From Candidatus Latescibacterota bacterium (GTDB taxonomy: Bacteria; Latescibacterota; UBA2968; UBA8231): a stretch of 64,000 bases of DNA. Within the stretch, counting starts at the first letter, position 1. Each line of letters begins with the position of its first letter. The stretch spans positions 2,208,001 to 2,272,000 of the forward strand of contig OY730476.1 of assembly GCA_963422735.1 (NCBI GenBank). Reading direction: 5' to 3'. This document shows, in pieces, positions 49,572-58,778 of the stretch. The notes under the pieces are model-generated. The model had not been told where the DNA came from. It saw only the letters and a program-made list of their open reading frames with translations, and searched no databases. The position numbers were made by a program, and so were the translations under genes.

Positions 49572-50462
49572 TCAACAAGAACGGTGCTCCAATCTGAGGA
49601 TTCCCCAGAAGTCGCTTTCCGACAATATTTGCACATCCTGTCCGCCTGCGATCAATGCCTCCGCTTTTCCGTGCTTGGAACTTTTTTTAGAGCCTTTGAG
49701 CTTGTTCGCATCTTGTATGCCGACGACCAGCATGGTGGTTTTTTGCGTAACACTACTATCCACATCACAACCTGCGTTCGCAGCCCGGTCAGCGGCCTCG
49801 CTACGCGCGACTGACAAAGTCCCGGTGAATACAATGGTTTCGCCGTATAAATGCCCTTCGACATGGCCGGTTTTAGTCGGGGAAGGTTATTGGTAAGCAG
49901 ACCGGTGCTGAGCTGAGAAAATGGGCCGCCTCACGCGTTGTAACCAGCCTTCGAGGTCCAAGCCGCTGGATTCGCAGGCGCAAAGAACGATCTGAGCGGC
50001 TGCTTTGGCATCCTCCAAGGCATCGTGATGGTTGAATGTTATCGCAAGATCTCGGGCGACGTTCTTTAATCCAAAGCCGCGACGTCCGTATTTTTCCGGC
50101 CAAGCCCGACGTGCGATTTTGGCACTGTCCAGCCAAGTGACCTGGCATTGTTCGAGCTGGTACTTGTTCGCGGCTCGCACAACCGCGGTGCGGTCAAAAG
50201 ACGTGTGGCTCACCAAGACCGAGCCATGCAAACGACGGATCAACCCATCCCACACTTGGGGCAAAGTGAGACTGTCCCGAACTGCGTCTTCGTCAATCCC
50301 GTGAATTTCAACGTTCCACGGATCAAACCAGTCCTCGGGGTCGATCAAAGTTTTCCATTGATCTCGGATTTCCCCTTTGTAGACATGGACGACGCCAATC
50401 TGACAAATGCTGGCGCGATCGGCGTTGGCAGTCTCCACATCGATGGAATTGAAGGTCAGCAT
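49572..50462 (-). pseudogene. DEDDh (Pol III epsilon-like) exonuclease-BRCT fusion split by an in-frame TAA
   Basis: IDVETAN, HHDALEDA; stop 49887-49889; same frame continues IVFTGTL..VTQKTTMLVVG..ILSESDF. Confidence 0.8.
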
Positions 50463-50551
50463 ACCTAGTGTCTCTTTTTAATTATTTTTTATGTCTCCTA
50501 AGAGAACGCAAAAATTGCGAAAATCAAAGCAACGTTGCCATCCACCCAGCG

Positions 50552-50686
50552 TCACTTTTTGTCATTCTTGGGCGGCGGATTCTGCTTTTGCGGTTTGGGT
50601 CTCGGAGGAGGAGTTGTCTTGCCCGGTATTGCCGGCTTGCCGCTATCGCGAATGTTGGACTTACGCGTACTTCTGTCAGACAGCAT
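50552..50686 (-). CDS. 44-aa Pro/Lys-rich small protein
   Basis: GGAGG-6 nt-ATG; MLSDRSTRKSNIRDSGKPAIPGKTTPPPRPKPQKQNPPPKNDKK. Confidence 0.5.
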   Translation of the reverse strand: MLSDRSTRKSNIRDSGKPAIPGKTTPPPRPKPQKQNPPPKNDKK

Positions 50687-50875
50687 ATTGGTCCTCCATG
50701 ACTTTGTAGGCCATTATTTTACACTCGGCGTTCAGCTTCTGATCTTCGCGGATGTCAGCTATTCCGGCCCATCCGGTTACATTTGAAATGCGACATGCCC
50801 GACCTGATCAACGACCCCAAGCAGCGCGTCACCATCACGGACCTGCCAATGCCCTTTATCGCAGTCAACTTCCCC

Positions 50876-50998
50876 ATGATCCACCAAGAGCACGAAGAAA
50901 CTCTTGAGTATCGTGCGATGATCCACCAAGAGCACGAAGAAACTCTAAGAATACTCAAGAAAACCTTCGTGGCCCTTCGCGTTCCTTCGTGGATAAAC
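50876..50998. repeat. CACGAAG/CTTCGTG REP-like element with a duplicated 29-bp arm
   Basis: ATGATCCACCAAGAGCACGAAGAAACTCT at 50876 and 50918; inverted arm CTTCGTGG..TCCTTCGTGGATAAACCC, also present near 56270. Confidence 0.75.
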
Positions 50999-51075
50999 CC
51001 CTAAAGAAATTCCCACGATGACACCACCCCCTCGCGTCAACTCCCTGACCGCGGACCATGCGTAACATCAATTCG

Positions 51076-52624
51076 TTAAAAGAAATACCAATAGACCGCC
51101 CCGTACACCAAGAGCAACCCTGCCGTCCCCAGCCAATAGACCTTGTCCTGCCGCTGAGTCGGCATCAGCGCGTCGTCGCCTTGCTGCAGACGCGCTGGCT
51201 CTTCGTCCTTGAGCACAAAGCTAAAGCCAAAGAGCAGCGCACTCGCCACGGCAAACACGACAAAGGCCGCGTGCAGAAAGTGCATCTCCAAGAAAGCCAA
51301 GCCCAAGCCCTCCTCCCCGCACACCAGCCGGTTAAATATCTGTGAGTCGTTGACCAGCCACAGCAAGACCCCGAAGAGCGACCCGGTGATCAGGGTGGTA
51401 AAGGCCGCTTTGCGCGTGGGCCGCCGCGACAAAATGCCCCACAGAAAGCAGGCCGCAATCGCGCCCGGCAGGTACGAGGCGAACTTGGCGAGATACTCGT
51501 AGAGGAAGCGAAAGTGGGGAATGACCACAATTGCCCAGAACACGCCCGTGACCACGACGACGGCGAGTACGCGCCCGGCCCACAACACGCGCTTCTGGGC
51601 TGCCTGCGGCCGATAGGGCTAGTACCAATCCATCAGGGCGGCGATCAAGCCGGCCAAGACCAAGCCCACCAAGCCGGTGGGAAGCAGCGTTTGCACCATC
51701 GCCGGATAGACCTGGTCCGGGCTGGCGACTTCGAGCAGCGGCTGCGGCCCCTGCGCCATGACGTAGCCCACCAGCCCGGGAATCAGAATGATAAAGACCG
51801 CCACCACTTTCAATAGCCCGGCCAGCAGACCACCCATCCGCGCCTCGTGGACGCTGCGCGCCGCCAAGGCCCGCTGCACCATGACGTGGGTGGATGGACA
51901 GGCCCAGCACCACGCCTGTCCAAGGCACACTGGGATGGTCGAGCGGCTGCACCAGCGACAACATGTCCCAGTCTCCGGCCGTTTGCATCCGGGCCGTGAA
52001 CTCATCCCAGCCACCCAGATGACTCAGGCCCACCACGAGCATTACCGCACCGCCGCCAACCAGCAGCAAGCACTGGACAAAGTCCGTCAAGATGACGGCG
52101 CGCAAACCACCCGCCATGGCGTACGGGCCGGCCGCCAGTGCCAAGATCAGCACCCCCGGCACAATCGACTCAAAGCCGAACAGCACCTCCATCACCCGCC
52201 CGCCGGCGTACAGGGAACCGGGAATGCCGGCAAAAGCAATGGTCACGAGGGTGATTAAAGAAAAGAAGCGGCGGCTTTCCGGGCCGTAGCGCCGCTCCAA
52301 GAACTCCGGCGTGGTATATAGCCCCAGCCGCATGTACACCGGCAGGAAGACCGCCCCCATGGCCACGAAGGCCACGACCCCGGCGAGTTGGTAATTGGCG
52401 ACCGCCAAGCCTACTACAAAGGCCAAACCCGCTTGGCCGACGAACTGCTCGGCGGAAATGTTGGTGGCAAACAGGGAGGCACCGACAAAGGGCCAGCGCA
52501 TACTGCGTCCAGTGAGGAAGAAGTCGCTCGTGCCGCAGACGCGGCGGCTAGTCGCAACCGCTATGGCGACGACCACGAGCAAGTAGGCCGCGATGATCGC
52601 ACTATCAAGCGCGGAAATGTTCAT
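51076..52624 (-). pseudogene. Sodium:solute symporter (SSS/SLC5) with deletions and frameshifts
   Basis: GASLFATNISAE, TTPEFLERRY, GGLRAVILTD; VQRALAA..GLIAALM and C-terminal TMs lie in other frames. Confidence 0.85.
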
Positions 52625-52736
52625 TGGAACTCACCACTGCCCTTGCAGTGAGTCCTAAAGGGGCACCAAACAGCAGAGCGGTATCGGCGCGCTCCTTCCG
52701 ACACCGCTCGCGTTAGCAGTTTGCAGTTTTCACACT

Positions 52737-52938
52737 TCACTCCAACTGGCCTTGCAAATGGCTCTTAACCCGGCCCCACGAGGTTTCCTCCACGGCCGTC
52801 GGCTCATCGGCACCCAGGCCGATCCAGTCGATCATCTGATCGCCCTTCTGGTCTTGCGCGGCGGCCGCTCCCAAGAGCGGTCGCGCTGATGAGGAGCACC
52901 AAGGCTCCTCCCAAAAGCATCTGTGCATGCGTTCTCAT
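52737..52938 (-). pseudogene. Secreted-protein remnant: signal peptide joined to a C-terminal TAVExxSWGxxK tail
   Basis: GAGG RBS, MRTHAQMLLGGALVLLISATALG / ..PTAVEETSWGRVK. Confidence 0.6.
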
Positions 52939-53080
52939 CTGATTTTCCTCGTTTTAGAGTAAAACAACTCGACAAAAAACATGCCCGCTCGCCTTTTCTA
53001 AAATCCCTCCTTTCTCGGCGCGCAATGGAAACGACAGTTAATGAGCGCATATCCTTCGCAAGTGATCAAGTGCTTATTGC

Positions 53081-53208
53081 TAATACCCCGCCGGTAGCAT
53101 TGGCGAAAGCGCATATCTCCCGCCCGAGGTCGGAGAGCATGGCTCGTTTGAACTTGGTGGTAAAGCCTTCGCCGAGAGCGATGAGGTCGGTAAGGGCTTG
53201 GGGTTCAT
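53081..53208 (-). pseudogene. AlbA_2/Schlafen-domain gene 5' fragment (copy A)
   Basis: LTDLIALGEGFTTKFKRAMLSDLGREICAFANATGGV. Confidence 0.72.
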
Positions 53209-53209
53209 A

Positions 53210-53611
53210 TCAGCGGACCCAGTTTTCCAGCATGAGCCCCGGAACTTTTTCAAACTCTTTTACATTATTGCTCACCAAAACCAGCCCGTACGCACGCGCC
53301 TGACCCGCGATCATCATATCGTAGGGGCCAATCGGAGCACCGACGCGATACAGTTCTGCACGGATCCGACCAAAATGGCTGGCTGCAACTTGATCAAACG
53401 GCATGATCTCAAGCCTAGTGCCCAGCGATTCAATATCCGCCAGATTGCGCTCGGGCTGGGCGGAGCGTTCAACGCCATAGACAAGTTCGCCCCAAGTTAC
53501 GGAAGAAATCGCCATCTGACCTTGCGACCGATTGAATTTTTGCCGCAGCGATTGAGGGCGGTTCTTGATGGCATAAATCACCACATTGGTATCTAGCAAA
53601 TACCTGAGCAT
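53210..53611 (-). CDS. vapC: VapC PIN endoribonuclease toxin
   Basis: YLLDTN, WGELVYG, IGPYDMMIAG, VSNNVKEF. Confidence 0.93.
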   Translation of the reverse strand: MLRYLLDTNVVIYAIKNRPQSLRQKFNRSQGQMAISSVTWGELVYGVERSAQPERNLADIESLGTRLEIMPFDQVAASHFGRIRAELYRVGAPIGPYDMMIAGQARAYGLVLVSNNVKEFEKVPGLMLENWVR

Positions 53612-53847
53612 CACAGTTTTTCTCGCCGTGCATCGGCCGGCTGTTCCCTCACCGACATAAAATCATCCGAAACACCGGGTCCGTTGAACCACTCATCCCA
53701 ACTCTCGCCAGCAGGTGTGATAACGCGCTTTGACCCTATCGCGACGATATCGACCTCGCGCACCGATTCCGGCAGTTCAACGGCCTTGGGCAGCCGCACT
53801 GCTTGGCTCTTGTTGCTCATAAAAACTTTCGTGTGTGCCGTTGCCAT
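53611..53847 (-). CDS. vapB: VapB (AbrB-fold) antitoxin
   Basis: KVFMSNKSQAVRLPK, WDEWF..DDFM..REQP; TGATG overlap with vapC. Confidence 0.92.
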   Translation of the reverse strand: MATAHTKVFMSNKSQAVRLPKAVELPESVREVDIVAIGSKRVITPAGESWDEWFNGPGVSDDFMSVREQPADARREKL

Positions 53848-53897
53848 GCTATGACCTCGCTTCAATTTAATTTGGATATACGATAAGCATATACAAA

Positions 53898-53993
53898 AGT
53901 GGCGAAGGCACCAATCTTCCGCCCGAGGTCGGAGGGCATGGCCCGTTTGAACTCGGTGGTGAAGCCTTAACAGAGGGCAATAAGGTCGGAGAG
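53898..53993 (-). pseudogene. AlbA_2/Schlafen-domain gene 5' fragment (copy B)
   Basis: LSDLIALC*GFTTEFKRAMPSDLGRKIGAFA. Confidence 0.7.
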
Positions 53994-53994
53994 G

Positions 53995-54200
53995 TATTTA
54001 TCTCGCCGCTCATCAGGCGTGGGAGAAGCAGGTCGCGGGATCTTTCAAACCGTGTCCTCGAAAAGGCAGTGGTACGACGATGATGGAGTCAAGATCAGAC
54101 AGCTATGGGCGAAATCGCGGTTCAATCCGGGGACCGCAACGCCTGTGCCCCTTTCCATAGGCAAATTGAACGAAATCTCCCAAAATATCAGCTACACCGA
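53995..54200 (-). pseudogene. hsdS: Collapsed type I RM specificity subunit
   Basis: LGDFVQFAYGK, AVPGLNRDFAH, SRDLLLPRLMSGEI. Confidence 0.72.
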
Positions 54201-54203
54201 CCT

Positions 54204-54431
54204 CTATTTTTTAACTCTCACCGTCGCCAACTCATCCTCACAGTCCTCGTACATTTCCGGATCTGGCTCGATCTCCACCACCTCACCATCGCGCATCGCG
54301 ATAACGCCAGTCCCGGTTTGATGCGCGATCAGGTGGGCGCGTCTAGCGGCTCGCATGAGGGCGGCCAGTACAGCTTGCATGTCGGGATCTTCCAGTTTGG
54401 ATACAGGGATCTCGCGTTCTTCTTTTTTCAT
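54204..54431 (-). CDS. Small hypothetical protein
   Basis: DPDMQAVLAALMRAARRAHLIAHQTGTGVIAMRDGEVV; AAGGA RBS. Confidence 0.6.
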   Translation of the reverse strand: MKKEEREIPVSKLEDPDMQAVLAALMRAARRAHLIAHQTGTGVIAMRDGEVVEIEPDPEMYEDCEDELATVRVKK

Positions 54432-54457
54432 AGGTCGTTTTTTCCTTTGTTTTCTAA

Positions 54458-54607
54458 GAAGCTGTCTAAAACTCTGGAGGCCGTCCCTCGTGCGCAGACG
54501 ATACCGGCTAGATGTCAGCCCGCTTGTCCTACCTAAAGCGCAGGAATGACGAAGACCGTCTCTACCGCTTGCTCAACACGATTCAAGGTAGGTTTTCAGA
54601 AGGCTTC
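54458..54607. mobile_element. MITE with IS5-like ends, 150 bp
   Basis: TAA-GAAGCTGTCTAAAAC...GTTTTCAGAAGGCTTC-TAA. Confidence 0.65.
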
Positions 54608-54659
54608 TAAGACGCATCAAGGGCCGCTAGCGCTAGTATAAAACTCAGTTCGCCTCGTC

Positions 54660-55351
54660 GTATCCCCAGTTCCTCGTGAATCTCGCGCCGGGTCTCCCTG
54701 AAGTCGAAATCCTCCTCCTTTTCGGGCGCGACCCCTACATAGCGGCCCGGAGTCAGGCTCCAGTCATTGGCTTCAATCTCGGCGCGGTCCGCCAACTCAA
54801 CCAGCCCCTCCACATCGAGCAGTTCGGCATCCGGGAAGCGGGTACGGTGCAGATGAAGTTGCTGCGGATGGCGATCATCGCGTCCACATCGCCGGTCTCC
54901 ACCAGCTTCCGCCGCCCCTGCGCCTCGCCGCCACCAGCACTAGACGCCTGCGACGACATCACAAAGCCAGCCCGGCCCCCCTCGTTCAGATAGCTATAGA
55001 AGTAGCTAATCCAGACATAGTTGCCGCTGCTGACTTTGCCCTGCTTGTTGACACAGGTAGGCCAAACAGCAAGCGCGGATCAACCTTCACCTTGTCGGCG
55101 TCAATCTCGTCCACATTGAAGGGAGGATCGGCCATTACGTAGTCGGCCTGCCCCACCAGTTCGTGCGGCTCCTCGTAGCACGTGATGACCTGCTCGATGT
55201 CGCTTGGCCTCAATACCGGGCTTGACGGCCAGATAGCGGCTATAGGCATGGCGCAGGAAAACCAAGCCCATGAATTCGTTGCTAGCGTAGTTGAAACCGC
55301 CGCGCCCCAAAGGCGTCTTCCGATAGCTTCACTGTGTTCGAGTTGCAACAT
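54660..55351 (-). pseudogene. hsdM: Collapsed type I RM methyltransferase
   Basis: RRLWGAA, MGLVFLRHA, DYVMADPPFN (NPPF-like), NYVWISYFYSYLNEGGRAGFVM, WSLTPGRYVG. Confidence 0.85.
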
Positions 55352-55459
55352 ACCTATCCCGCAGCAAAAGAGGGCTTACCATGCCCACGCGATGATGACT
55401 TCATTGCTAGCTTGGCCGGCCCATACGCCATACCAATCGAGAAAGGGCTGCGGCATGGC

Positions 55460-56072
55460 CTAGGTCGGCCAGTTTTGATGGGCCAAAAGGCGCAAGCGCT
55501 CGGCTTCGCTCAGGTGCTTTTTGATTTCTCCTGCGGACTCCGCCAAGGTCTGCTCCACCGTGGCGTTGGACGTGTCGAGGGCAAATTTCTTGCGGAGGAG
55601 CAAGTCGCGGTATTCCTCCTCAAAGCGCTGCAACACGTATTCTATATCCTTTTCCTGCACCACCGGCCGTGCCTGCGGCTGCTCGCGTAGGCGCTGGGCA
55701 ATGACTTCGGGCCGGGCGCGCAGCAGTGTCGGGCGCGTACTGCATGATCTCCTCGTCGAGGGCACGAGCCAGCGCGCGGTCGGCGTACTCGCCGCGACCC
55801 CCGTAGCCGTAGTACAGAGGCGCGTACACGGCCTCTTCAATGTGGAAACCCACCAAGTTGTGTCCGGGTCGCTGTAAAAGGCGGGATGGAAGTGGTAGTG
55901 CATCATGTAGCGCTGGAACATCTCCTTCAGTCGCGAGCCGAGCGCCAGCAGTTGCTCCTGTTCCTCTACGGGGAACTCGTTACACGGCAGGCTGAAGTGG
56001 TCGTGGAAGGTGCGCGCCGAGCCAAAAGTGCGCTCGAGCCAACAGACAATGGCGTTGGCCAAGGTCGTCTTG
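55460..56072 (-). pseudogene. P-loop nucleotide-kinase-like hypothetical protein, 5' truncated and frameshifted
   Basis: KTTLANAI..FHDHF; GFHIEEAVYAPLYYGYGG in another frame; LRARPEVIAQRLRE..LDTS. Confidence 0.55.
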
Positions 56073-56291
56073 ACTGATTTAGGGCGAATTCCCCAAAACT
56101 TTCCGCGGTCTTGCGGCGATTTTCAACAGGGTTTTGCGGTCGAGTCGTTGGACCAGATTGCCCATTTGCAGGGGATTGGCTGGCCGTATTTACAAATATT
56201 TCTTATACTAAATAGTTCAAATAGTTCGGACATTTTTTAATGATCGGCCACACAAGGCACAAAAACGTGTCCTTCGTGGATAAACCCTTTA

Positions 56292-56930
56292 GAAGCGTTC
56301 TTAAAGCTCCTTTTGTTGTCAGGATTTGACCTTGGCGTACTCACCGAACCCCTTGAGGTTTCGACCAAGAACCCTGAACTAAAGGTGCTCCGATGAGTAC
56401 GCCGTATCAATAACCGACGCCCGGTGGCGTCGTGGTGGTCCGGGCCGCCCACCCCATGCTCTGCGTTTAGTCATCAATGGCATTCTCTATCGGGCTAAAA
56501 CCGGCGGCGAGTGGCCGATGCTACCGCCGATGTTTGGTCCGTGGCAAACCGGGTATGGATACTTCAATCGCTGGCGTCAAAACGGGCCTCGGCAGCCTCT
56601 CTTAGAGGTGCTGACCCTCCAACAGCGCACCCGACAAGGCTGCGCGCCGACGCCTTCGGCTGGCGGCCTCGACGCGCAGCGTGTTAAGACGGCTGGGCAA
56701 GGCACCGCCATAGGGTATGACCCTCGCAAACGGGTCAAAGGGCGCAAAAGCCACTTGCTGGTCAATAGCCAAGGCTCGATCCTGCAATGCAAGGTCCCTG
56801 CCGCCAACGGCTTAAAGGCGCTGTTGAGGGCCTATTTTTTGCCAGGCGTCCAACGGTTGAGAAGGCTGTGGGTCATGCCGGCTATAGAGGTCAGGCACTC
56901 AACGCATGGGTAGCTAACTTAAAACGCACC
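56292..56930 (+). mobile_element. IS5-family (IS1031-like) transposase remnant
   Basis: VINGILYRAKTGGEWPMLPPMFGPWQTGYGYFNRW, LDAQRVKT, KRVKGRKSHLLV; probable left end TTA-GAAGCGTTCTTAAAG. Confidence 0.85.
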
Positions 56931-57032
56931 CATAAATCTGAGCGTCATAGCTCCAAAAACGGTCCGAAGTATTGTTAGACGCGAGTAGCCTAGAATCTCT
57001 TGTACAGGAATTGAGGTCGAATAGAAAGTATT

Positions 57033-57986
57033 GTGCAGATTGTCGTAACAGGTGCCGCAGGTTTTGTAGGGTCGCATCTTTGTGAACGGCTAGCGTCCCT
57101 CAACCACAACGTAGTTGGCATCGACTCTTTCAGCGATCACTACCCGGTCTGGATGAAGATGCGCAACGCATGCGAGCTTGCAGACGCGGGGGTGCAGATC
57201 GAGCGGCTGGACTTGGCCCGCGATCGGTTGGAGGGGGCGATTGCAGATGCCGAGCTGGTATTCCATCTTGCAGCGCAACCCGGCCTTGCCGATCGCGTTT
57301 CCCTAGACTCGTACGTTCGCAACAATCTGGTCGCCACCCACGCATTGCTCGAGGTGTGCGCTAGCTGCAAGCAACGGCCTTTCCTAGTCAACATCTCTAC
57401 TTCGTCGGTATATGGACGGTGTGCCACCGAGGCGGAGACTGCCGTGCCCACGCCCATCTCCTACTACGGCGTGACAAAGCTCGCCGCCGAGCAATTGGCA
57501 TTGGCGTACTGGCGCGAGCGCAGGTTGCCCGTGTGTTCCATGCGTCTGTTCGCTGTTTATGGCCCACGCGAGCGTCCAGAAAAACTCTACACAAAACTGA
57601 TAAGCAGCATCTTGCAGGGCGAGGAATTTCCTCTATACGACGGCAGTCAGTACCACAAGCGCACCTACACATTTGTAGAAGACTCCGTAGCCGGGCTCCT
57701 CGCGGTGCTCGACCATCGAGACCGGTGTATAGGTGAAATTTTCAATATCGGATCGGATATCGAGACGACGACAAGGCGCGGGATTGAAATCGTGGAAGAG
57801 ATTTTGGGCAAGAAGGCTCGCCTGAAAATTCTTCCTCCGCGCCCCGGTGATCAAACCCATACGCGGGCCAATATCGACAAGGCGCGAGCCATGCTCGGCT
57901 TCGTCCCCCACACCAAACTGGAGGACGGCCTCAACACCCAAATCGCATGGTGTAAGAAACTGTTGGCGGACAGGCGCAACGACTAG
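57033..57986 (+). CDS. NAD-dependent nucleotide-sugar epimerase (UDP-glucuronate 4-epimerase-like)
   Basis: TGAAGFVG, HLAAQPG, STSSVYG, YGVTK, VYGPRERP. Confidence 0.9.
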   Translation: MQIVVTGAAGFVGSHLCERLASLNHNVVGIDSFSDHYPVWMKMRNACELADAGVQIERLDLARDRLEGAIADAELVFHLAAQPGLADRVSLDSYVRNNLVATHALLEVCASCKQRPFLVNISTSSVYGRCATEAETAVPTPISYYGVTKLAAEQLALAYWRERRLPVCSMRLFAVYGPRERPEKLYTKLISSILQGEEFPLYDGSQYHKRTYTFVEDSVAGLLAVLDHRDRCIGEIFNIGSDIETTTRRGIEIVEEILGKKARLKILPPRPGDQTHTRANIDKARAMLGFVPHTKLEDGLNTQIAWCKKLLADRRND

Positions 57987-58015
57987 TCGACAACCGCGAC
58001 CGCGCGTTGTCGACT
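57985..58015 (+). terminator. Terminator-like hairpin
   Basis: AGTCGACAAC-11 nt-GTTGTCGACT at the epimerase stop. Confidence 0.5.
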
Positions 58016-58146
58016 GTAGATTTTCTCGTCTCCTTCGACGCACAATTCCGCCACGTATAACCTAGCGCTACCCGCATACCCCAGCTTCCTCAGGTATTCA
58101 CCATCTGAATAGGACTTGCACATCCCATGACAGACTGGTGTGATTT

Positions 58147-58165
58147 TATGAATCTAAAATTCATA
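58147..58165. promoter_or_regulatory. Probable TA autoregulatory operator
   Basis: TATGAAT-N5-ATTCATA, 10 nt before antitoxin ATG. Confidence 0.5.
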
Positions 58166-58175
58166 TTGAGGTCAC

Positions 58176-58378
58176 ATGCGAATATTTGAACGAGGACAAA
58201 TCCCATCCCCAAGCAACTGAGAGACCGCTTCGTAATGAACCCCAAGATCACTCCAACAGAGCACGGCCTGCTCATTCAGAAACGGACCGCATCGAGGCAC
58301 CCGGTGGAGCGCGTGTACGCCATCCTAGGCAGGGGCATAAGCACCGACGACTACATCGAAGAAATCCGTGGAAGATGA
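58176..58378 (+). pseudogene. AbrB/MazE-type antitoxin, frameshifted
   Basis: MRIFERGQI / IPKQLRDRF..TDDYIEEIRGR*. Confidence 0.72.
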
Positions 58379-58734
58379 TCACCGCCTTCGACGCGAGCTC
58401 CCCGACGAGCGTCACGGCCCCCGGTCGAAGGAGTTGCTGCGGAACGCCTATGATAGAGGGGCTATTCTCGTCTGGGAAGTGGTCTACGCGGAACTCGCGC
58501 CGGCGTTTGATGACCGAGCCATGCTCGATGAAGCACTGTGGGAGATCAGCGCGACGATCTTACCCATCGATACCGATATCGCTTGCGAAGCCGGGCAGCA
58601 CTGGTCGCGCTACCGGAAGGCCGGCGGGCCCAAATAGAATTATTACCAACCACGCGGCTGTTAAAGCCGAAACCTTTCTCACCCGGGACCGCGGCTTCTA
58701 CGCGACCTACTTCCCGGAATTGCACAGAGGGTGA
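58375..58734 (+). pseudogene. PIN toxin pseudogene
   Basis: MITAFDAS / EVVYAELA..AGQHWSRYRKAGG* / FLTRDRGFYATYFPEL. Confidence 0.8.
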
Positions 58735-58778
58735 GGTTATACCCTCTTGACGTTCTCAACCGCAGCACCACCCAAGCG

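Noticed and set aside
50876-50946. Mini-CRISPR
   Set aside because: Two repeats with a 13-nt gap; explained as a duplicated REP arm
56076-56200. Possible IS end truncating the kinase-like gene
   Set aside because: No partner inverted repeat or recognisable transposase motif
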